Of a stretch of DNA of 64,000 bases, positions 42,319-52,546 are shown one piece after another. Both the position numbers and the translations under genes were made by a program. This DNA is from Promethearchaeati archaeon. Lineage in GTDB: Archaea; Asgardarchaeota; Heimdallarchaeia; Heimdallarchaeales; Heimdallarchaeaceae. Each line of letters begins with the position of its first letter. Within the stretch, counting starts at the first letter, position 1. The notes beneath the pieces were generated by a model that was not told the origin of the DNA, did no database searches, and worked only from the letters and a program-made list of their open reading frames with translations. The DNA lies in NCBI GenBank assembly GCA_013166775.1, contig JABLTJ010000011.1, forward strand, positions 1 through 64,000. The letters are read 5' to 3'.

Positions 42319-43782
42319 ATGGTAGAAGACAATACTCTAACGGAAGGAATAGTTTCAACAAACAAACCTTCAGTTAGAGAGGTTCTCACTAATGCAACTT
42401 TTATGGTCTTATTTGCTGCTCAGTTTATAGAAAATATTGGTAGATCAATATCTGGTTTAGCTATTGAATTTCTTATTTTCGAACTTACTGGAAGTCCATT
42501 CTTAATGGGTATTCTTTCTATAATTTGGTTATCACCTTTTGTTATAATTGCACCAATTGCTGGAGCTTTAGCAGATCGGTTCGACCAGAGAAAACTTATG
42601 TTTATCTCAAATATAATCAGTGCAATTGCATCAGTCGGTTTCGTGATAATCTATCTTTTCATTGATCAACTAACGATGATAAATTATACAACTGTACCAA
42701 ATTTAAATAACAATCTTCCAACAATACAACCTGTTCCGAATTATCTTCATGTTCTATGGCCATTATTCGTTCTTTGTTTCATAAATTCTGCTTCAGCAGC
42801 ATTTTTCTTTCCTTCAAGAAATGCTTACACTCGTTTAATAGTCAAGAAAAAGAATCTCCTGATAGCTAATTCAGTTGCTTCTTCAGTGTTTCAGATTGCT
42901 ACAATTTTTGGATTTGTACTTGCAGGTTTATTGGCAGCACGAAGCTATTTATTGAGCTTCATATTTGATGCAGGAACTTTTGCAGTGTCTGGAATACTTA
43001 TAGGAGTCATTTTTCTTATGGGAAAGAAACCTCCAAAAGTTATAAGAGAAAAAAGTAAGAATATAAAACAAGAAATGCAACGTTTTATAGAAGACATTAA
43101 AATTGGTTATCAAACACTTAGAGAATATCCAAAAATATCTTACATGCTTTTGATATTTTCATTTATTACTTTTTCACTAGGAGCGGTTACTGTTCTTTTC
43201 ATAGTAATTATCCAAGGTGAAATGAATTTGGGGGCAACTTGGTATGGAATTCTGCAAGCTATAATGGGAGTATCTGGAATTATTACAGCCATAGTCCTTA
43301 TAAGAATAGGGAAGATAAAACGGAAAATATTGATTATAAATATCGCTTTTGGTGCTATGACTGTAGTAATGTACATATTCGCAGTTGTTAGGAATCTCTA
43401 TGTTATGATAGTTATAATGTTCAGTTATGGTATAATGATAGTTTGTATCAATGTGCCTGCTTCAACATTGATCCAAGAATCTGTTCCATATGAAAAGCAA
43501 GGAAGAGTATTTGGAACGCAACAATTGTTACAAGGTGTTGCACAATTACTAGGAATGGGAATTGTAGCCTTAATTGCAGAATATGTATTAACTATGTATG
43601 TACTCCTAGCAGGTTCAGTAATTCTTACAATTGTGTTAATTTTTGGGGTGTTATATTCTGGAAGAAGAGGATTGATGGGATCTGATTATTCGGAAGAAAT
43701 CTCACCTAAGGGAATTTTGGATGTTGAACCTGAGCCCGCATTGACAAGTATCAGTTATCTAGAATCGTCAGATGATGTTTAA
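42319..43782 (+). CDS. MFS transporter, copy 2
   Basis: Collinear, highly similar paralog of 40127-41581. Confidence 0.92.
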   Translation: MVEDNTLTEGIVSTNKPSVREVLTNATFMVLFAAQFIENIGRSISGLAIEFLIFELTGSPFLMGILSIIWLSPFVIIAPIAGALADRFDQRKLMFISNIISAIASVGFVIIYLFIDQLTMINYTTVPNLNNNLPTIQPVPNYLHVLWPLFVLCFINSASAAFFFPSRNAYTRLIVKKKNLLIANSVASSVFQIATIFGFVLAGLLAARSYLLSFIFDAGTFAVSGILIGVIFLMGKKPPKVIREKSKNIKQEMQRFIEDIKIGYQTLREYPKISYMLLIFSFITFSLGAVTVLFIVIIQGEMNLGATWYGILQAIMGVSGIITAIVLIRIGKIKRKILIINIAFGAMTVVMYIFAVVRNLYVMIVIMFSYGIMIVCINVPASTLIQESVPYEKQGRVFGTQQLLQGVAQLLGMGIVALIAEYVLTMYVLLAGSVILTIVLIFGVLYSGRRGLMGSDYSEEISPKGILDVEPEPALTSISYLESSDDV

Positions 43783-43917
43783 CCGATTGAATATCACTAT
43801 GGTGTTGATACTATTCTGCTAGTAATAATCTCTTAATTTTTTCTTTATTCTATTTACATAGCTTTAAAAGCGCTAATAAACCTTATCCGATTATCAAAGT
43901 CAGAAGGTCGTAAAAAA

Positions 43918-45669
43918 TTGAGTTTTTTTAAAAGTAAGAAATTTATCGCTATTATAATTGTTTTAGTTACACTTACAGTTACTCTATCTGTGATTCCCTA
44001 TCCACCTATTATGCCTAGAAACATGTCAATTGATGATTACTCCTATGCTATAGATTTTACCCAATATGAATTAAGTAAACTAACACGAAAAGAAAAATTG
44101 CCATGTACAGCTGTTAGTCTCATCGTTGGTAATGAAACAATCTATCAGGAAGTGGCTGGTATTGCCAATATCGAAGAAGAAATGCAAGCAGATTTGAACA
44201 CCGTTTTCAAAGTAGGCTCAATTTCTAAATTATTTACAGCCATTGAGATTATGAAGTTATACGAAGAAGGTTTAGTGGATTTAGATGTTCCAATTACAAC
44301 TTATATCCCAGATTTCAAAATAAATAGTCGTTTTAACGATTCAGGTTCCATTACAATTCGCAATATCTTGGCTCATCGTTCTGGACTCCCAAGAACTCAT
44401 AATCTACCTCAGTGGGCATGGGATAATAACACATATGTCTTTAGAGATATGGTCGCTTCGTTAGAAGAATCTTATATGGCATATCCAGTTAATCAACAAT
44501 ACAAGTACTCAAATATCGGATTTAATATTCTTGCTAGAATTATAGAAATTGTTACAGGAGAATGGTTTGCTTTTCGTATGAGAGATTCTTTACTTCATCC
44601 TGTTGGGATGACTTCAAGTGGTTTTGTCGCCTCTCTAATTCCAACACCTGAAAAAATTGCTATGGGTTATTTCAAGGAAGGTAGACATAATATACCTTAC
44701 AATCAGTTTGATATTATTGATATGGCTTCCGGGGGGTTGCACTCTACAATAGGTGATATGAGTGAATTCGCAAAGTTCATCCTTAACTATGGAAAAGTGG
44801 ATGATATTCAAGTTATTAATTCAACTACACTTTCAATGATGTTTGAATCACGGTTTTCAAAACCTTCAGATCCACAAAAAGTAGGTATGGGGTTCATCTT
44901 GGACAAATCTTATTTGCCCAACAATGAACTTGCAGCATTTCATGCAGGAACCAACCAAGGAACAAAATCAATAATTGCTTTTGCACCAGATCAACAGCTA
45001 GCAGTGATACTTATCTCCAATTCAGCAGAATTCGAGGATGATTCAAAAGTTCTAGCACTGGAAATTCTTGAAATTATGCACGAGACTAGAACAGGATTAA
45101 AGAAGCAGAAGGAGAGTTTTGAGAAACAAGATGTAGATGTCGAGATTCTTAGAAGTTATACAGGAACATATGCAGTTGAAGGTGATGTTGCGGAAATCTA
45201 TTTGAAAAGAACTAAACTCAAAATGAGATATATGGGTTACAATGTAGTGCTTAAGCCAATAAACGATACAACTTTTATCGCAGATCATTGGTTAATCGAT
45301 ATAGGTAATATCCACGTGAGGTTCTTTGATAACTTCTTCATTCTCTCGTTAGAAGGCGTACATAATCCCATATGCCCAAGATATTCAGTTGACGCGGAAT
45401 TGATGAACCATTGGTCTTCTTATCTTGGGGACTATCAGGTATGGCTGCGACATTATTCAGCCTATACGGAAAATGAAGTTCCAGATTCTGTTCAATTACA
45501 ATTTGAAGATGGAATTCTTAGATTATCTTGGACTAACTTCGTTCTTCAACCAATAAGTCAGACTGAATTGATTATTCAAAGTGGAGCTTTTGAAGGAGAA
45601 ACAATGTTTAGAGATCCAAACACAGGTTTCCTTTATTGGCAAAATAGAGTTTTCAAACCTTCCACTTAG
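43918..45669 (+). CDS. Membrane-anchored serine hydrolase (beta-lactamase/class C-like)
   Basis: N-terminal TM, GSISK (SxxK), YKYSN, FHAG. Confidence 0.9.
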   Translation: MSFFKSKKFIAIIIVLVTLTVTLSVIPYPPIMPRNMSIDDYSYAIDFTQYELSKLTRKEKLPCTAVSLIVGNETIYQEVAGIANIEEEMQADLNTVFKVGSISKLFTAIEIMKLYEEGLVDLDVPITTYIPDFKINSRFNDSGSITIRNILAHRSGLPRTHNLPQWAWDNNTYVFRDMVASLEESYMAYPVNQQYKYSNIGFNILARIIEIVTGEWFAFRMRDSLLHPVGMTSSGFVASLIPTPEKIAMGYFKEGRHNIPYNQFDIIDMASGGLHSTIGDMSEFAKFILNYGKVDDIQVINSTTLSMMFESRFSKPSDPQKVGMGFILDKSYLPNNELAAFHAGTNQGTKSIIAFAPDQQLAVILISNSAEFEDDSKVLALEILEIMHETRTGLKKQKESFEKQDVDVEILRSYTGTYAVEGDVAEIYLKRTKLKMRYMGYNVVLKPINDTTFIADHWLIDIGNIHVRFFDNFFILSLEGVHNPICPRYSVDAELMNHWSSYLGDYQVWLRHYSAYTENEVPDSVQLQFEDGILRLSWTNFVLQPISQTELIIQSGAFEGETMFRDPNTGFLYWQNRVFKPST

Positions 45670-45720
45670 TTCACTCTTTTTTTATTATTATCAAAAACCT
45701 GTGGTTACATGCCTTAACAT

Positions 45721-46857
45721 TCAAGCTTCTTCAATTGAAGATAATGTTCGTTCATACTCTTTATCTAGCTTAACAAAACTGTTTGATTCTTCTTCGAATA
45801 AATCATATGCTCCTGCAATATTGAAATCTGGAATTTTAGACCAAAGCTGTATGAAATATGAGTCTATCAAAGGTTTAAGCAAATAAAAAGCATCTAGAAA
45901 TTCTCTTATTTCGTATGATGGAAATTCAATAGCGAGTCCTATTCTTCCTGGTTTGTCCAGAGCAATTGTCAGAGGGTAAGGGATTTTTGAAACATGATAT
46001 AAAATCTGCTGTATATTCTGTTTCGCTTCTATCACAATAAAAAGAGGGGGAAAATATTCAAAAGGATAGAAACCTGTTCTATAACCACGAATTATTCCCT
46101 TTTGTTCCATAATTTTAATACGTCTTCCAATTTGTGATTCGGATAAATCTAGTATCGCTTCTAATTTCTTTAGAGGGAGATTTTCAAGTAAATACATGTT
46201 TCTTAATATCTGTATATCTATAAAGTCGAAATTCATTCTCTCTGGTTCAGTATCAAATTCTATTACTAATTCATTGCCACTTTTAATCTTGTTCTGTAAA
46301 TGTCTTTTCCAAATCTCCCAGTTCCAATACCAACTTCCATCTTCGTCAAAATACTTAAAATTCCAACTATAAGTTTTATAATCTACTATATTTAGTGCTG
46401 AATAATCTCTTATTATGTCCTTTTCTTTCAATAATCGAAACATCTTATGAGGATGATAAGAAGAATCCAAAGAATAGATTGAATGCAGATAATATCCATT
46501 ATATTTCCCATAAGTAGGAACATACCAATCTATTGCTTCGTTTTTGTCTATTATATCATAAAATTCAGTCCTATATTTCGGATTCTCTTCTACAACAAAG
46601 ATGCTTTCTCCAATTCCTAATTTTCTCTCATGAGTTATGGGAATCTTTTTTTGAAGTATTCCTTTTTCTTTAAGGTTAAAAATTCTGTAGCGAATAGTTC
46701 TTGGAGGGATTTTTTGGTCAAAATCCCCAGATTTTTCAAGTAATTCACTTATTTGCTCTGTAGCTGGGGAATAATTCTGTTTATCGAACTGTTCATCTAT
46801 TGTACGAATAATTTGTAAATCTATGTTATCAAAATTTCTTGTTTTGCTTCTTGTCAA
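45721..46857 (-). CDS. Lrp/AsnC-type double winged-helix regulator
   Basis: FDNIDLQII...RTIRYRIFNLKEKGIL and FDFIDIQIL...LSESQIGRRIKIMEQKGIIRGY. Confidence 0.85.
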   Translation of the reverse strand: MTRSKTRNFDNIDLQIIRTIDEQFDKQNYSPATEQISELLEKSGDFDQKIPPRTIRYRIFNLKEKGILQKKIPITHERKLGIGESIFVVEENPKYRTEFYDIIDKNEAIDWYVPTYGKYNGYYLHSIYSLDSSYHPHKMFRLLKEKDIIRDYSALNIVDYKTYSWNFKYFDEDGSWYWNWEIWKRHLQNKIKSGNELVIEFDTEPERMNFDFIDIQILRNMYLLENLPLKKLEAILDLSESQIGRRIKIMEQKGIIRGYRTGFYPFEYFPPLFIVIEAKQNIQQILYHVSKIPYPLTIALDKPGRIGLAIEFPSYEIREFLDAFYLLKPLIDSYFIQLWSKIPDFNIAGAYDLFEEESNSFVKLDKEYERTLSSIEEA

Positions 46858-46891
46858 GAATTACACCTTTTTATTTTCTTTGGAATGTTTT

Positions 46892-48079
46892 TCATTTAAG
46901 CAACCACATAGAAGGCCAAGAGTATTCTTTAACTATGGCAAATAATATCTGGATATTCAATAATTCACCATTTATCCCATTTGCCATGATTACAGCTCCT
47001 TGACCTGTTTTAGGATTGAAAATCATCATACATGTTGCTCCAGGCATATTTGTCCCAGGATGAGTGAGGAGTAATTTATCTTCTTCTTCAATTAGGAAGA
47101 TTCCAAAACCCTGTCCTGTCCAACCAAAAAATTTTGCTGGGTCTATTTTTACTTGGGAGGAGAGCATTTGTTTTGCCATTTCAGAAGAAAGAATTTTATT
47201 TGATTCACCATTAAATGCTTTCATTAATTCTATAAGGAATAAACTCAAATCAAAAGGAGTGGTTAGAAGACCTCCATGTCCAGATGCTCCAGGATGTAAA
47301 CCTGTTTCCCTTGCTTCTCCATCTTGATTATGAGGTACGATTGCTTTTTTCTTTAATTCCCCAGTAGGATATTCAAAAGTGCTATTTTCAATTCCAAGAG
47401 GATTAAAAACAACCTCTTTCATTATTTCAGGGAGTTTTTTTCTTGTAATATCTTCATATAATTTTTGAATAATAATATAACCTAAGTTTGAATAACTATG
47501 TTCAGTTCCAGGTTTAAAACAAACCTCAACTGGATCATTAAGAGCAGGAAGTTCGCCTTTTAGTGTTTGATTAATCGTAGGAATCTTTCCTTCTTCTACT
47601 TCAAACATAGAATCTGGACGATTTATTCCAGCTGTATGTGTTAAAAGTTGTCGAAGTGTAATTTTATTTCTTTTTGTAAAATCGTTTTCTGGAATTTTCC
47701 ATGAATGGAGCTTATCATTCACATTTTCATCTAAGTCTAGTAAATTCTGCTCAACAGCATTTAATATTGCAGCGGCAGTAAATGTTTTTGAAGTCGACCC
47801 TCCTTCAAAGAGAGTATCAAGAGTAATTTCCTCTTGCGTTCTAACATCTTTTACACCAAAGCTTTTTGTCCATTCAATTTCAAAGTTATTGATTACTGCT
47901 ATACCGATACCTGGAACCTTGAGTGTTTTCATCTGTTCCTCAATGGTTCCTAAAGATTCCCAGATAGGTGAAGGAAATCCTTCAAGATCTAATTGAGGTA
48001 TTTCACTTTCTATTTTTCTAATTCGCTCTTTGATTTTGTTTTCATCTTTTCCTAAAATCCTCAATCTATCATCATTCAT
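46892..48079 (-). CDS. Serine hydrolase (beta-lactamase family), cytoplasmic
   Basis: GSTSK, LLTHTAG, YSNLGY, THPG; AGGTGA SD. Confidence 0.9.
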   Translation of the reverse strand: MNDDRLRILGKDENKIKERIRKIESEIPQLDLEGFPSPIWESLGTIEEQMKTLKVPGIGIAVINNFEIEWTKSFGVKDVRTQEEITLDTLFEGGSTSKTFTAAAILNAVEQNLLDLDENVNDKLHSWKIPENDFTKRNKITLRQLLTHTAGINRPDSMFEVEEGKIPTINQTLKGELPALNDPVEVCFKPGTEHSYSNLGYIIIQKLYEDITRKKLPEIMKEVVFNPLGIENSTFEYPTGELKKKAIVPHNQDGEARETGLHPGASGHGGLLTTPFDLSLFLIELMKAFNGESNKILSSEMAKQMLSSQVKIDPAKFFGWTGQGFGIFLIEEEDKLLLTHPGTNMPGATCMMIFNPKTGQGAVIMANGINGELLNIQILFAIVKEYSWPSMWLLK

Positions 48080-48135
48080 TTTCTTTCACCTTTATAATTA
48101 TCAATTTACTATTCTTCAGGAACACCATACAGTTT

Positions 48136-48166
48136 ATGGCAATATTAAATATAAAAATATTGCCAT
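48136..48166. promoter_or_regulatory. Inverted-repeat operator bracketing a TATA box
   Basis: ATGGCAATATT-aaatataaa-AATATTGCCAT; the spacer reads TTTATATTT on the minus strand, upstream of 48079. Confidence 0.72.
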
Positions 48167-48384
48167 TTAGTGCATAGTTTTATAAGTGGGTTTGGAAAAT
48201 GTGAAAAAGATTACCATGGGAAATGTTGTAACTAATCCATATATAGAGTGCTATAATACCATACTAGAAGCAGATCGAACAAGGTTATACGAAATTGAAG
48301 CAAAGAAATTCTTAGAACAACCTTTCTCGCTTTAAACAAATTTAAGGACGAAACTTTTAAAATAAAATACATGCTTCAAAACTT

Positions 48385-50436
48385 GTGATTTCGGAGAAGC
48401 AAATTGAGGAAAAGGTTGAGAGATTAATAGAAGAACTCACTTTAGAAGAGAAGTTCAAATTAATGGTTGGGTTCTTCAGATTTCAAACAAATACCATTCC
48501 AAGATTAGGAATTAAAACATTCAAAGTGACTGATGGGCCACTAGGAATTTCTCAACATTCAAGTATGCTTAGAAAAAATACTAAGTTTCCCGCAGGTATT
48601 AATCTTGCAGCTTCTTGGAATCGAGAATTAGCTTATAAGTGCGGAGAAGCCATAGGTAGAGAAGCAAGAGCAATAAACAGATTGTGTGTTCTAGGTCCAG
48701 GAATCAATATTGATAGATCACCTCTTAATGGTAGGACTTTCGAGTACTACAGTGAAGATCCACATCTAACTAAAGAGATATCTATACCCTTTGTAAAGGG
48801 GATTCAGAGTCAAAGAATAGCTGCATGTCCTAAACATTATGTCGCAAATAATCAGGAAACTCATAGACACATCATTGATGTTCAAGTAGATGAAAGAACA
48901 TTACAAGAGATCTATCTTCGAGCTTTCAAAGAAATTGTAGAAGAAGCAAATCCATGGACAATAATGAGTTCATACAATTTAGTTAATGGAGAGTACGTGC
49001 ATGGGAGTTACAAGCTATTAAAAGAGATATTAATGGCCAAGTGGGGATTTAATGGTTTTGTAATGACAGACTGGTGGGCAACACAAGATAGAGGTGTAAC
49101 ACAACCAACAACAGAAGAAGCAATAAAAGCGGGTTTGACATTAGAGATGCCTGTTCCTATCCTATATGGAGAAGAAGAGCTTCTTGAGAACTACAAGAAG
49201 GGGAAGTTCTCTGAAGACAATATTAATGAACTAATTAGAAGACTACTGCGTGTATATGCTCAGGTAGGGATGTTTGAAGATGAAAAAGATTTACCAAAGG
49301 GAGAAAGAAATACTAAAAGACATCAAGAATTAGCAAGAAGAATGGCAGAAGAAGGTATTGTTTTACTAAAGAATGAAAAACAATTTCTGCCTTTGAACAC
49401 TGACAATATTGATACTATAGCTGTCTTAGGGCCTAATGCTAAAAGAAAGTTTGGAAAAATGTTATTAGGGGGTGCAGCAGCTGTTACACCACCCTATGAA
49501 ATCACACCTCATAAAGGATTAAAAGAGAAATGCAAAGGTAAAATAAAGATAATTAAGGATCCTTCCAAAGCAGATTTTGTTCTCTTATTCATGGGTCTTA
49601 ATCATGATTCCCATATAACGCTATTATCTGACAAAATTTCTAAAGATAAACCTGAATTTGGAAAAGAATCAGAAGAGGTGGATAGAACAGAATTTGGGTT
49701 ACCGATAGCACAAATTGAACTGATAAAGAAAACTATTGAAATTAATCCTAATGTCATTGTTATTCTAAATAATGCTAATCCAATATCTATGGAAGAATGG
49801 ATTGAAAATGTACCAGCAGTGTTGGAAGTCTGGTATCCTGGAATGGAAGGTGGAAGAGCAATTGCCAATGTTCTTTTTGGAGATGTAAATCCTTCTGGAA
49901 AAATACCCTTAACATTTCCAAAACAATTGAAAGATTCTCCAGCACACAAATCAACTAAAACTTTTCCAGGAGAGGATCTCAAAGTTTACTATGAAGAAGG
50001 AATATATATAGGATATAGGTATTTTGAGAAAGAAAACATCGAACCGCTTTTTCCTTTTGGATTTGGTTTATCCTATACAACATTCGGAATTACAAATGCA
50101 GTTTCAGATAAAGATAAATTGAATTCAAAGGAAGATTCTCTGAAGATAACTGTTGACGTTACAAATACAGGAGAGAGAGCTGGAAGTGAAGTAATTCAAA
50201 TTTATTCAGAAGCACCCAGCAAAGTAATTGATAGACCTTTGAAAGAATTGGTTGGATTTGAGAAAGTCTTTCTTAAGAAAGGAGAGAAAAAGAAAGTAAA
50301 AATCCAGATTAAAGCAACAGATTTAGCATTCTACGATACTAAAGAAGCTGATTGGAATATTGAACAAGGTAAGCACATCCTACATATTGGAAATTCCTCA
50401 ACTAATATATCTGCGAAAATAGAGATAGAGTGTTAA
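48385..50436 (+). CDS. Beta-glucosidase, glycoside hydrolase family 3
   Basis: TDGPLG, GRTFEYYSEDP, KHYVAN, VMTDW (nucleophile), PFGFGLSYT, Fn3-like C-terminus. Confidence 0.95.
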   Translation: MISEKQIEEKVERLIEELTLEEKFKLMVGFFRFQTNTIPRLGIKTFKVTDGPLGISQHSSMLRKNTKFPAGINLAASWNRELAYKCGEAIGREARAINRLCVLGPGINIDRSPLNGRTFEYYSEDPHLTKEISIPFVKGIQSQRIAACPKHYVANNQETHRHIIDVQVDERTLQEIYLRAFKEIVEEANPWTIMSSYNLVNGEYVHGSYKLLKEILMAKWGFNGFVMTDWWATQDRGVTQPTTEEAIKAGLTLEMPVPILYGEEELLENYKKGKFSEDNINELIRRLLRVYAQVGMFEDEKDLPKGERNTKRHQELARRMAEEGIVLLKNEKQFLPLNTDNIDTIAVLGPNAKRKFGKMLLGGAAAVTPPYEITPHKGLKEKCKGKIKIIKDPSKADFVLLFMGLNHDSHITLLSDKISKDKPEFGKESEEVDRTEFGLPIAQIELIKKTIEINPNVIVILNNANPISMEEWIENVPAVLEVWYPGMEGGRAIANVLFGDVNPSGKIPLTFPKQLKDSPAHKSTKTFPGEDLKVYYEEGIYIGYRYFEKENIEPLFPFGFGLSYTTFGITNAVSDKDKLNSKEDSLKITVDVTNTGERAGSEVIQIYSEAPSKVIDRPLKELVGFEKVFLKKGEKKKVKIQIKATDLAFYDTKEADWNIEQGKHILHIGNSSTNISAKIEIEC

Positions 50437-50445
50437 TAGTTCAGA

Positions 50446-52329
50446 TCAAAGACAGAGATTGTATTCATTTATTAATTTCAGTGTCAATTCATTTACTCCT
50501 TCCTCGATTAGATCGGATGTTGTTTCAGTAAAAGAATTTTTCCAATTCTTAGCTGACTTATTAATGTCTACTAATTTTCTCTCTGGTTCTAATTTATGAA
50601 TTAGATTAGTATCCAGTTGATCCATTCCCCAACAAAGATTAAGCGCAGGCATTGGAAAAATATAGAAATACCCTAGTTTTTTAAAATCCAAATCAGAAGC
50701 GGGAGGGAAATGAATTTTATATTCATTGAAGAAAGCTTTGCGTAAATCTTCACCCATACCACTATAAAAAACAAAAGTACAAATCTCTTCAACTATGTCT
50801 CCATATTCAGAATTCTCCCAATCTACTAACCACAACTTACCTTGTGAGTCGGTGATAAAGTGACCTCCTAAATCTCCATGCAAAATTCCTGAGATTCCAA
50901 AAGGAAACAATTCTTTATTATCATCAATTAAAACTTCATATTCTTCTTGTGCTAGTGAAAAAGCTTTAGAAATACTGGGATTCATCAAGTGAGGATAATC
51001 TACTTCTATGTGATTCATCGTTTTCTTTAGAAATTGGTGATTCTTCTTCATTTGTTCTAAACCATCAGGGATTATCTCATACTCCACATTGTGTATATCA
51101 GCTAGATTACGAGCCATTTTCTTAATAGTAGATTCATCTTGATAATCTGAATGAATTCCTTCTGCAAAATCAAAAACAACTGCTCCATTCTTGAAAAACT
51201 CTTGATCCACACATATTGGTGCGGGGACACATTGTACTCCTTTGTCTATGAATTTCTGTCTGATTTTTGCTTCGTTAAATATTTTTCGAGTTCGACTAGT
51301 AATTTTCTCTTCGAAGATCTCTATTTTATTATAAGATGTTTTAATTACGTTATCGATTAAATCTGCGAGAATATATTTCCAAATTGCTGCAGTATTACGT
51401 TTTCTTCTAAAAGAAAAATCTCTTCTAATTCTGTTGTAATGTTCTTCTGTTATCCAAGTAGGAACTAAGAAAATACCATTAGAATAGAAGCCAAAATCAT
51501 CAGATAAGTTTTGAAGGTAATTAATTACATTTATCTTTTCCTTCTCACTTAATTCAATTAAATCAAGAAATTCCTTCATAAAGTATTTTTTATCTTTAAA
51601 ATCATCTCCTTTACTGGTAAGAAAATCGGTCATACCAATAGCTTCTGCACAATTAATTAGAAGTGGGGGATAATTTTCTATTAAATTGCTTATTTCTTTT
51701 TCAAACGCAATTCTAATTTCATCAAATTTTCTTATTTTTGAATGAGAATCTTCTTGTCTTTCAAAATTAATAATCAAATCTAGTAATTTTTGATTAACAA
51801 AAAAATCATAATAATTGTGAGATGATTTATTTTGCTTTATTTGGATACGAGTTATAAAACCTGGTTTAAATTTTAAGAATCTTCTAAAACGAATAGTCTT
51901 AAGATTATATTGATATTTTGATTTGGTTTTTGTAGGTGTACTATCTTCCAATAAGAACTCTTCTGTGAATATTAAATTAGCAGACTTATTATATTTAATT
52001 TTTAGAGTTAAATTCATATCAGATATTCGAATAGAATATTGAAGATAAGATCTTTTCTTGTTTTTTCTTTTATGCATAACATTCTGAAAAGACTCAAGAT
52101 TTACAAGATTTCCATGAAAAGTAAGAGGAGCTTCTGAGAATTTATTCTCTAATGTTTGTTTCAGCAACAACAAGAACTGGATAAAACTTGATTTACCAGA
52201 GCTATTGGCACCAATTAGTACTGTAATAGGTTTAAGTTTTATTTCTAGCTTATCCCCAATGGATTTGAAATTTTGAACACATAATTTTTCTATTATGTCA
52301 TCATTATCTTCGTGTGAAACTATGATTAT
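50446..52329 (-). CDS. Chimeric ORF: AAA/ABC-type ATPase N-terminus fused to aminoglycoside-phosphotransferase/choline-kinase-like domain
   Basis: The frame stays open upstream of 52173 to 52329 and encodes VQNFKSI...PITVLIGANSSGKSSFIQ (Walker A). The C-terminal half has LHGDL and LVDWE. Confidence 0.7.
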   Translation of the reverse strand: MIIVSHEDNDDIIEKLCVQNFKSIGDKLEIKLKPITVLIGANSSGKSSFIQFLLLLKQTLENKFSEAPLTFHGNLVNLESFQNVMHKRKNKKRSYLQYSIRISDMNLTLKIKYNKSANLIFTEEFLLEDSTPTKTKSKYQYNLKTIRFRRFLKFKPGFITRIQIKQNKSSHNYYDFFVNQKLLDLIINFERQEDSHSKIRKFDEIRIAFEKEISNLIENYPPLLINCAEAIGMTDFLTSKGDDFKDKKYFMKEFLDLIELSEKEKINVINYLQNLSDDFGFYSNGIFLVPTWITEEHYNRIRRDFSFRRKRNTAAIWKYILADLIDNVIKTSYNKIEIFEEKITSRTRKIFNEAKIRQKFIDKGVQCVPAPICVDQEFFKNGAVVFDFAEGIHSDYQDESTIKKMARNLADIHNVEYEIIPDGLEQMKKNHQFLKKTMNHIEVDYPHLMNPSISKAFSLAQEEYEVLIDDNKELFPFGISGILHGDLGGHFITDSQGKLWLVDWENSEYGDIVEEICTFVFYSGMGEDLRKAFFNEYKIHFPPASDLDFKKLGYFYIFPMPALNLCWGMDQLDTNLIHKLEPERKLVDINKSAKNWKNSFTETTSDLIEEGVNELTLKLINEYNLCL

Positions 52330-52546
52330 TCACCAATATAATACTAGATTTTATTATATACTTTTCTAATGAAATTTAAATATATAAATACAAAGAACAA
52401 TCATTTCTTGTAATTGAAAACTTGAGATATTTTTCAAAATGCTGTAAAGACCACTTTCTTCCAAGAAAGACGTTCATATAAAAAGACACCTTATTGAAAG
52501 ATATCATCACAGAGATGTTTTTCTTCCTGCTTCAGTAATTACGAGC

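Noticed and set aside
43918-48079. Calling the serine hydrolases antibiotic-resistance beta-lactamases
   Set aside because: SxxK/YxN/HxG motifs are shared by esterases and D-peptidases; the substrate cannot be inferred from sequence.
48216-48335. 39-aa ORF MGNVVTNPYIECY...
   Set aside because: No recognisable motif or SD; cannot be supported without a homology search.
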